A stretch of DNA of 32,000 nt from Aeropyrum pernix K1 (GTDB taxonomy: Archaea; Thermoproteota; Thermoprotei_A; Sulfolobales; Acidilobaceae): positions 1,500,001 through 1,532,000 of the forward strand of contig NC_000854.2 of NCBI RefSeq assembly GCF_000011125.1. The letters run 5' to 3'. The notes under the pieces are model-generated. The model did no database searches and was not told where the DNA came from. It saw only the letters and a program-made list of their open reading frames with translations. Shown piece by piece: positions 26,488-32,000 of this stretch (position 1 is its first letter; every line of letters starts with the position of its first letter). The position numbers and the translations under genes were made by a program.

Positions 26488-26993
26488 ACCCTCCACACCC
26501 TCCCCAAAACCTCCCCCAGGATAGCCACCATCCTGGCCTCCCTCGCAGCTATACCACACCCCAAACCCAGGCTCCCGCCCAGGTAGGCGTTCACAACGCT
26601 GGCCTTATGTGAAGACACGGCTTTCAGCAGCAGGCCTAGGCTGCCGGAGTGGAGGTGTATCGTGGCGTCGTTGACGACAAGAACGTCGCCAGGCTCCACA
26701 GCAGCTCTCTCCAGGACTCTACTGGTCTGCTCTGCGTTGTGGCGGGCCAGCTCCCAGGCCAGCCTGCAGTCTCCCCGGGACTCTAGCCTGGGCGCCCTCA
26801 GCCCCCGGGGCCTTAGAACCCTGGCCCCGGGTATGGGAGGGAGGGGCTTTCCAACGCCCGCCACGTCGGGGGCTAGGTCTACGGCCACTATTTCCAGACC
26901 AAGCCCTGCTAGAAGGCTGGCTATATGCCACGTCAGCCTCGTCTTACCCCTCCCCTGCTCCCCCACTATCAGGAGGCCTGAGCCGTACAACAC
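26484..26993 (-). CDS. Small P-loop NTPase of unknown function
   Basis: 169 aa. Walker A LLIVGEQGRGKT lies at the extreme N-terminus. VLVVNDAT is Walker-B-like. It fills the only gap between thiW and ecfA1 on the same strand. The TTG start overlaps the thiW tail by 50 nt. Confidence 0.6.
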   Translation of the reverse strand: MLYGSGLLIVGEQGRGKTRLTWHIASLLAGLGLEIVAVDLAPDVAGVGKPLPPIPGARVLRPRGLRAPRLESRGDCRLAWELARHNAEQTSRVLERAAVEPGDVLVVNDATIHLHSGSLGLLLKAVSSHKASVVNAYLGGSLGLGCGIAAREARMVAILGEVLGRVWRV

Positions 26994-27516
26994 CGCTCCT
27001 CTCCAACGCGACGAGCGCCGCCAAACCGAGGGTAGTTCCTATGAGTGTGCTAGAAAGCCAGCCCAGCCATATAACGGTTAGTGCGCTCCTCCAGGCCTCC
27101 ACATCCCCCATGAGGGGGGCGAAAACGTAGAGCGCCAGGAGGAATCCTATGACAGCAGTGCCGAGGGGCTCCAGGAGCCCCGCAGGTAGGGGGCTCCTCC
27201 CCAGCCTCAGAAGGGCTACTGCACCCAAACCCACAAGGAGAGCCCCAGGTATGCCGCCTGGGATGCTGTACACAGTCCCAATGCCAAGAGCCATCCTAAC
27301 AAGACCCACGGCAAGGGCGAGACCGCTAGCCCACCATGGCCCGAGGGTGACACCTGCAACCACGTTCACCATGTGCTGCCACGGCAAAGCCTTAGTAGGC
27401 CCCACATCAATCCTTATGACGCTGAGGGCGACCGCAAGCCCGCCTAAAATGGCGGCAAGGGCAAGCTTCCTCTCAGGCCCGAGATGGCTGAGGCTCACCA
27501 ACACCACCCTTACCAC
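26944..27516 (-). CDS. thiW: ECF transporter substrate-specific (S) component, ThiW-like (thiazole precursor)
   Basis: About 190 aa hydrophobic protein. QHMVNVVAGVTLGPWWA, ...YSIPGGIPGALL and EPLGTAVIG match my recollection of the ThiW family pattern. It is first in an operon with ECF ATPases, a T component and thiDN. GTG 27516 lies about 30 nt downstream of a strong TATA box. The ORF-track extension to 27693 runs through that promoter. Confidence 0.6.
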   Translation of the reverse strand: MVRVVLVSLSHLGPERKLALAAILGGLAVALSVIRIDVGPTKALPWQHMVNVVAGVTLGPWWASGLALAVGLVRMALGIGTVYSIPGGIPGALLVGLGAVALLRLGRSPLPAGLLEPLGTAVIGFLLALYVFAPLMGDVEAWRSALTVIWLGWLSSTLIGTTLGLAALVALERSGVVRLRPPDSGGAGEG

Positions 27517-27543
27517 TGGCCAATAGTAAAACCTCACTAGAGT

Positions 27544-27554
27544 ATAAATAAAAG
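27544..27554 (-). promoter_or_regulatory. TATA box for the thiW operon
   Basis: The minus strand reads ttttatttata, centred about 33 nt upstream of GTG 27516. This is consistent with a leaderless or short-leader transcript. Confidence 0.45.
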
Positions 27555-27597
27555 TCCCGTTAATTAGGCTGCCGTCCCGATGAATGGAGTCTTTAAG

Positions 27598-27611
27598 GTA
27601 ACCTAGGTTAC
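27598..27611. promoter_or_regulatory. Perfect 14-bp palindrome GTAACCTAGGTTAC upstream of the thiW promoter
   Basis: Checked base by base to be its own reverse complement. It lies about 50 nt upstream of the thiW TATA box. Confidence 0.3.
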
Positions 27612-27909
27612 GACTGCAGAGGCCGAGCCTTACAGCATCAATGAGTGGCTGAGTAAACGGCAGACGGCTTCTAAGCTCGAAAGATCTTCGCAATATTGGA
27701 ATGGAGGAACTCCGATCTTAGTATACTGGGGAAGAATAATAATATCGTTGATTAGGCTCGTGCAATACTTGTAGCTAGATAGGATAAAAGAAAAGCTGAA
27801 ATTTATATCATTAGGTTGCTATGCTTGAAGAAGATGTTTATAACTCTTTTTGTACACTATAATATATTGAATTTTGTAAATAGTCTGTTTATTCCCTGGT
27901 CTGATATAT

Positions 27910-28260
27910 ATGGGTAACACTAAAAAAGAGAGAGCCAGCTCGAGATGTAAGGATGAATTTATGCAGTTTCTTAACAAGCTCATAACACTCTATGAAAGAG
28001 ACCCCAAGATAAAAATCCTCCTCTACTTAGCAGATTTGGCAGAACCGTCCTCCATTAGGAGGATTTCAAGGAACGTAGGGATGAGCCATAAAAACGTGAT
28101 TAAACATTTGAAGGCGTTGGAGAATATAGGCCTAGTTGAGGTGGCATATAAACAATCTAACCTTACCTTGTATAAGCTATCGGAACACTCTAGATTATGG
28201 ACACTACAGTTTATAAAGTGTAGACTCTACAATGCTATCACAGATGAAATAGTAGTTTAA
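27910..28260 (+). CDS. ArsR/winged-helix DNA-binding protein encoded in the AT-rich islet
   Basis: 116 aa. KILLYLADLAEPSSIRRISRNVGMSHKNVIKHLKALENIGLVEVAYKQSNLTLYKL is an HTH plus wing. The AT-rich codon usage differs from all neighbours. A TATA-like tataatatatt lies about 45 nt upstream. Confidence 0.7.
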   Translation: MGNTKKERASSRCKDEFMQFLNKLITLYERDPKIKILLYLADLAEPSSIRRISRNVGMSHKNVIKHLKALENIGLVEVAYKQSNLTLYKLSEHSRLWTLQFIKCRLYNAITDEIVV

Positions 28261-28584
28261 AGCGGGGCTTAAGCTACGAAGGTCCTTTTAAACATACCTC
28301 AATATAAGCCTTCTACCCTCCTGGTAATTTAGTTAATTAAACATGAAAGATGAGATGCATCTTCTCTTTACTGTCCAATCGCCAAAACCTAAATCTCTAA
28401 GAAGCTAGAGCAGAAATAAGAGCTAAAGTTTAGTAAAGACACTGTCTCTCAAACGATTTGCAAGTATACATCCAGAAACCAGTCTCCCATGCTTTAGATC
28501 CGAAATGGCTTGAGAAGAGTTTCTCGGTTCTTCGAAAACAGTATGAAACGGAGAGGTTGGAAAGAGTTTAGCTATTAAAATGCC

Positions 28585-28663
28585 TGGTGCGGCCGCCGGG
28601 ATTTGAACCCGGGACCACCGGCTTGGAAGGCCGGCGTCCTAGTCCAGGCTAGACGACGGCCGC
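28585..28663 (-). tRNA. tRNA-Gly (anticodon UCC), with encoded CCA
   Basis: The reverse complement is GCGGCCGUCGUCUAGCCUGGACUAGGACGCCGGCCUUCCAAGCCGGUGGUCCCGGGUUCAAAUCCCGGCGGCCGCACCA. It folds as a cloverleaf: 7-bp acceptor, GUCU/GGAC D-stem, CCGGC/GCCGG anticodon stem with loop CUUCCAA, and CCGGG/CCCGG T-stem with loop UUCAAAU. Confidence 0.9.
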
Positions 28664-28777
28664 CCGCGCAGGCTCCCTTCCTGGCCCATGATTCTCTATC
28701 CTTCGCTGGCGGTTTTTAACCTATAAACCATGCCTCCTCCGGGGGGATGATGCGGGGCTCTAACCTCTGGGCCTGGG

Positions 28778-30220
28778 CTACCTGTTTATGGCAGGCTCTG
28801 GTATGGCCGGGGGCTTCTCGCCGAGGGGTTCTGGCGGGACCCGCTTTACTATAGGCTTCGCCCATGTCCTGCCTGCTACCCAGGCTATTGCTAGTGTTCC
28901 CGCTATTATGTTGCTCAGGGTCATGGCCAGCCACACACCCATGTCCCCTAACGAGTATATGTAGACTAGCGTGTAGGCTGCTGGTATGCGGAGTAGCCAG
29001 AGCCTGGCTATTCCCAGTGCTGAGATGAACGCGGTCCTACCGCTCCCCCTGGCTACGCCCATTGCGGTGAAGAACGCTCCTAGGAACGGCATGCCCAGGG
29101 CTACTATCGATATCATGCGCTCAGCGTAGAACTGGACTTCCTCTATGCTTGTGAAGAGGGACACGAGCATGCTCCTACCGCCTACTATAGCCACGGCTCC
29201 TATTGAGAGCAGGCCAAACACGAGAGCCACACCAGTGTATGCCGCCCTGACGGCCCTCGAGATGTTGCTGGCTCCGAGGTTCTGGCCTACAACGGTCGCT
29301 GTTGCTATGTTGAAGCCGAAGGTGGCTGACTGGACTATGTGTATTATGACGAGCGATACGTTATACGCAGCCACCACGGGAGCCCCAAGCCTGGCTACAA
29401 TACCCATCATGACGAGGAATCCCATGCTCACAACTAGCCTCTGGAGGGAGACGGGGCCGCCTATCCGCAGTATATGCCCTATAAGCTGCCGGTCCGGCAT
29501 GCTGGGCTTCACTCTAAAGCCGGGGGCGCCCCTTAGGAGCAGGTAGAATGCTATAGACACGGCTGCCGCTCTAGCCAGCACGGTTGCCACCGCAGCGCCA
29601 ACAGCGCCCAGGGGCGGTAGTAGGATGAGGCCGAATATGAGTATAGGGTCGAGTATCACGTTGAGTATGCTTGATAGGGCTGAAACCTTGAAGGGCGTCC
29701 TCGTATCGCCTGACGCGGCCATCACTGCGTTGAAGTAGAATAGGGCGAGCATGAAGGGCATTCCCACGGCTTCCACGAGGGTGTAAGCCAGGGCCACCTC
29801 CAGGCTTCTGCCTTGAAAGCCCTGTAGGATAAACACTGTCTCCGCGGTGAGGATTATTGCTAGGGCGCTTGCCGCGCCGAGCATTAGGGTGGCGCCGAGG
29901 AGCTTCGACGCGTATCTCTGGGCCGACGCATAGTCCCTGGCCCCTATGGCCTGTGATACCAGTGCGGAGAGGGTTGTGTTTATGCCAATCCCTAGGCCGG
30001 CGAAGAGCCATAGGAGGGGGCTGGCGGCGGCGGGCGCTGCCAGGTCCTCCGTGCTGACCCTCCCTAGGAATATGGCGTCGACGCTCTCCTGAGTAGCCGC
30101 CAACAGCCTGGCCGCCACTATAGGGGTGGCTAGAGCCAGTATCACCTTCACGATAGGCCCCTGGGTAACCCATGTTCTCTTCCTGTCGAGGGCTTCCCTA
30201 TCCAATTTCCACCAGGACAC
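28778..30220 (-). CDS. MATE-family efflux transporter
   Basis: 480 aa with about 12 TM segments. The N-terminal LALATPIVAARLLAATQESVDAIFLGRVSTEDLAA and the internal repeat are typical of MATE (NorM/DinF). Confidence 0.85.
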   Translation of the reverse strand: MSWWKLDREALDRKRTWVTQGPIVKVILALATPIVAARLLAATQESVDAIFLGRVSTEDLAAPAAASPLLWLFAGLGIGINTTLSALVSQAIGARDYASAQRYASKLLGATLMLGAASALAIILTAETVFILQGFQGRSLEVALAYTLVEAVGMPFMLALFYFNAVMAASGDTRTPFKVSALSSILNVILDPILIFGLILLPPLGAVGAAVATVLARAAAVSIAFYLLLRGAPGFRVKPSMPDRQLIGHILRIGGPVSLQRLVVSMGFLVMMGIVARLGAPVVAAYNVSLVIIHIVQSATFGFNIATATVVGQNLGASNISRAVRAAYTGVALVFGLLSIGAVAIVGGRSMLVSLFTSIEEVQFYAERMISIVALGMPFLGAFFTAMGVARGSGRTAFISALGIARLWLLRIPAAYTLVYIYSLGDMGVWLAMTLSNIIAGTLAIAWVAGRTWAKPIVKRVPPEPLGEKPPAIPEPAINR

Positions 30221-30246
30221 CTCTATATTGGGAGCCGAAAGTATGC

Positions 30247-30254
30247 TTATAAAG
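30247..30254 (+). promoter_or_regulatory. TATA box (ttataaag) in the MATE / hypothetical-gene divergent spacer
   Basis: Centred about 39 nt upstream of TTG 30289. Confidence 0.35.
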
Positions 30255-30288
30255 GTTTAAGGGGGCACGGCGTACCCTCGGGAGCCTG

Positions 30289-30723
30289 TTGACCGAGCCA
30301 TGCAGGTCTCGGCACGTGAGCATCAGAAGGCTCGCGGCTCTGGCTGGAGAGGTTTACAAGCTTAGCCTTGCCAGCGTTTACCCACGAGAAGACGCCGTCC
30401 TACTGCTTGAGGCGGCGAGGGTACAGGCCCTAACAGTCTACCGCAAGATCAGGGGCAGCTGCCTGGAGAGGAGGGTTGCAGAGTCGAGTCAGCTAGCTTT
30501 CGAGATAGCGAGCCTGGAGCCCCTCGGTTGGGGGAGCCTTGCCCTTGCTTTGGCAGCGTTGCTCGAGGGTCTTGCTTTGAACAAGATTCGTGTTGACCCT
30601 GACGAAGCACTACGGGCTCTGGAGAAGGCTCTGGCCTCCGGAGACGTGGAGTACCTTAGGAGGAGAATGCTAAGTGTGGTAAGACCGCTTCAACGGTCAA
30701 AGGGAGAAGGTAGAGGCTGGTAG
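30289..30723 (+). CDS. Hypothetical protein (helical, no recognisable domain)
   Basis: 144 aa ORF with host-like codon usage and a TATA box at an appropriate distance. No motif recognised. Confidence 0.45.
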   Translation: MTEPCRSRHVSIRRLAALAGEVYKLSLASVYPREDAVLLLEAARVQALTVYRKIRGSCLERRVAESSQLAFEIASLEPLGWGSLALALAALLEGLALNKIRVDPDEALRALEKALASGDVEYLRRRMLSVVRPLQRSKGEGRGW

Positions 30724-30851
30724 AAGACGCTCCGGTGTAGGGCTGTGTTTCCGTACGCCAAAACCCATCTTCTACAAAAGCGGGAAAACATTACAAGCTG
30801 TATGACTAGAGTTTATCGCTGCAGACGCTCTTTAGAAATAGCCGGGTCCAC

Positions 30852-31697
30852 GTGATGGGGCTGCGAATAGTTGTGGGTTTCAAATGGGTGCCTAACACAC
30901 AGGCTGTGAGGATCGATCCTAAAACTGGAACTCTCATTAGGCAGGGCGTCCCGAGCATAATCAACCCTCCAGACCTTGCTGCCGTGGAGCTCGCTCTACG
31001 GCTTAGGGATGAGTACGGCGGCGAGGTTATCGCAGTTACTATGGGCCCGCCCCCCGCCCTAAAGGGGCTGGAGCATCTGATAGGCATGGGGGTCGACTAT
31101 GGCTACATGTTCAGCGATAGGGCTTTCGCAGGCGCCGATACACTGGCCACTAGCTACGTCTTGTCGGAGGGCATAAAGTACATTGAGAGGGAGAGGGGGA
31201 GGGTCGATCTAGCCCTCTTCGGTCAGGAGACTATCGACTCGAGCACCGCCCACATCGGAGCACAGGTCGCTAGCTGGCTTCAGTGGCCCTATATATACTA
31301 TGTGAGGAAGGCCGCCGTGGACGGCGGGAAGCTGGTGGCTGAGAGGATCGTGGAGAACTATGTCGAAACCTATGAGCTACCCCTCCCGGCGGTCGCTTCG
31401 GTGGCGATCAGAGCCTTCAAACCCCGGGAGGTCACTCTATCCGGGAAGCTCAGGTTCAAGAAGGAGAAGCCCTACAAGATAGTGTCCAACAAGGAGCTCG
31501 GGCTCGACCCCAGGTGCGTCGGCCTCAAGGGAAGCCCCACCATCGTCGCCAAGGTAACCTACCTACCGGAGATCCCGAGAAGGGCTGAGGTGTATAAGCC
31601 GAGGGATCCGAGGGACGGTGCCAGGTGGCTTCTGAGGAAGCTTTTGACGGATAGCGAGACACGGGACCTCATACTCAAGGCTCTATGGGGAGGTTGA
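30852..31697 (+). CDS. etfB: Electron transfer flavoprotein beta subunit (EtfB/FixA)
   Basis: 281 aa. VGFKWVPN...INPPDLAAVELALRL...VTMGPP...GADTLATSY, typical of EtfB. Start is GTG 30852 or ATG 30855. Confidence 0.9.
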   Translation: MMGLRIVVGFKWVPNTQAVRIDPKTGTLIRQGVPSIINPPDLAAVELALRLRDEYGGEVIAVTMGPPPALKGLEHLIGMGVDYGYMFSDRAFAGADTLATSYVLSEGIKYIERERGRVDLALFGQETIDSSTAHIGAQVASWLQWPYIYYVRKAAVDGGKLVAERIVENYVETYELPLPAVASVAIRAFKPREVTLSGKLRFKKEKPYKIVSNKELGLDPRCVGLKGSPTIVAKVTYLPEIPRRAEVYKPRDPRDGARWLLRKLLTDSETRDLILKALWGG

Positions 31698-31703
31698 TGA
31701 AAA

Positions 31704-32000
31704 GTGGGTAGGGTGGAATGCGAGAAAATATGCAGTCTATGGCCCTGCGAGCAGCCTGAGGAGTTCAGGAACGTATGGGTTGTTGCAGAGCTGGACGAGC
31801 AGGGCGTAAGCGAGGCGAGCCTCCAGATGCTCACACCGGCTAGGAGGATCGCTGATAAGCTGGGTGAGAGTGTTGTGGGTGTGATAGCAGGGCCCCCGGG
31901 CTCGAGCCAGCTGGCTGTGGAGATGGTTGAGAGGGGTGCCGACGAGGTTATAGTTGTCGAGCATGAGAGGCTCTCCGAGTACTACCCTGACGTTGTGGGG
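31704..32000 (+). CDS. etfA: Electron transfer flavoprotein alpha subunit (EtfA/FixB), 5' part (runs off the window)
   Basis: My translation from GTG 31704: VGRVECEKICSLWPCEQPEEFRNVWVVAELDEQGVSEASLQMLTPARRIADKLGESVVGVIAGPP...GADEVIVVEH. The VWVVAE...LQMLT..R..A..LG..V.GV..G...GAD.V pattern is the EtfA N-terminal domain. The frame is open to the end of the window. Confidence 0.8.
   Translation, partial: MGRVECEKICSLWPCEQPEEFRNVWVVAELDEQGVSEASLQMLTPARRIADKLGESVVGVIAGPPGSSQLAVEMVERGADEVIVVEHERLSEYYPDVVG

Larger units (their letters stand above)
27540..28584. other. AT-rich islet (compositionally foreign DNA) between the thiW promoter and the 3' end of tRNA-Gly
   Basis: Hand-counted G+C of 60-nt lines: 27841-27900 = 15/60, 27961-28020 = 22/60, 28321-28380 = 19/60. 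For comparison, 26941-27000 = 38/60. Only one convincing ORF (27910..28260) lies in the islet. Confidence 0.6.

Noticed and set aside
27517-27693. 59-codon N-terminal extension of the thiW ORF (ATG 27693).
   Set aside because: It runs through the strong TATA box (27544-27554) and the palindrome, in AT-rich non-coding-looking DNA. It would add a non-hydrophobic leader atypical of ECF S components.
27851-27860. The 10-mer tgtacactat is shared between the wHTH promoter region (27851-27860) and the thiolase-operon inverted repeat (15812-15821).
   Set aside because: A single shared 10-mer among a few kb of intergenic DNA is within chance expectation. The 27851 copy has no partner half-site.
31695-31760. 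TGATGA at 31695-31700 followed by CTGA about 60 nt later, superficially a C/D-box sRNA.
   Set aside because: There are no convincing C'/D' boxes or terminal stem. The segment is the etfB stop / etfA start junction and is fully explained by coding sequence.
1-32000. Searched by eye for CRISPR-like spaced repeats, IS/transposase or integrase ORFs, rRNA, additional tRNAs and toxin-antitoxin pairs.
   Set aside because: None found. The only PIN-domain gene is the conserved eif2g-linked COG1412 type with no adjacent antitoxin-sized ORF. The only RNA gene I can support is tRNA-Gly at 28585-28663.

Overview
GC-rich, very gene-dense archaeal chromosomal segment. About 37 genes, many with overlapping starts and stops. 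No rRNA, CRISPR array or IS element was seen. The gene set (aIF2-gamma, aIF5B, S6e, L24e, S28e, TmcA, Sua5, ThiDN) and the AGG/ATA-heavy codon usage suggest a hyperthermophilic crenarchaeon, Desulfurococcales or Aeropyrum-like. That assignment is inference only.

Layout:
- 1-7.9 kb: metabolic and miscellaneous genes. These are a pyrE tail, an isochorismatase-family hydrolase, a CCG Fe-S protein, an acyl-CoA dehydrogenase, NfeD, a JAB/HD/unknown trio, an alpha/beta hydrolase and Nnr.
- 8-14.2 kb: conserved translation neighbourhood (PIN, aIF2-gamma, S6e, aIF5B, ndk, L24e, S28e).
- 14.2-19.3 kb: a frameshifted AtoE-type transporter, divergent from a four-gene operon of two thiolase-fold paralogs plus two DUF35 paralogs.
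- 19.4-23 kb: tRNA-modification genes tmcA and sua5.
- 23-27.5 kb: minus-strand thiamine salvage operon thiW / small P-loop NTPase / ecfA1 / ecfA2 / ecfT / thiDN.
- 27.5-28.6 kb: AT-rich islet with an ArsR-like wHTH gene, abutting the 3' end of tRNA-Gly(UCC).
- 28.8-32 kb: MATE exporter, a hypothetical gene, etfB and the start of etfA.

Most interesting candidates:
1. The thiolase-like/DUF35 operon, in which both thiolase-fold proteins appear to lack the catalytic Cys and His.
2. The orphan P-loop NTPase inside the thiW-ECF-thiDN cluster, a possible missing thiazole kinase.
3. The translationally coupled JAB(MPN+)-HD-unknown trio.
4. The AT-rich tRNA-adjacent islet.

All family calls come from motif recognition by eye. 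No database search was run.
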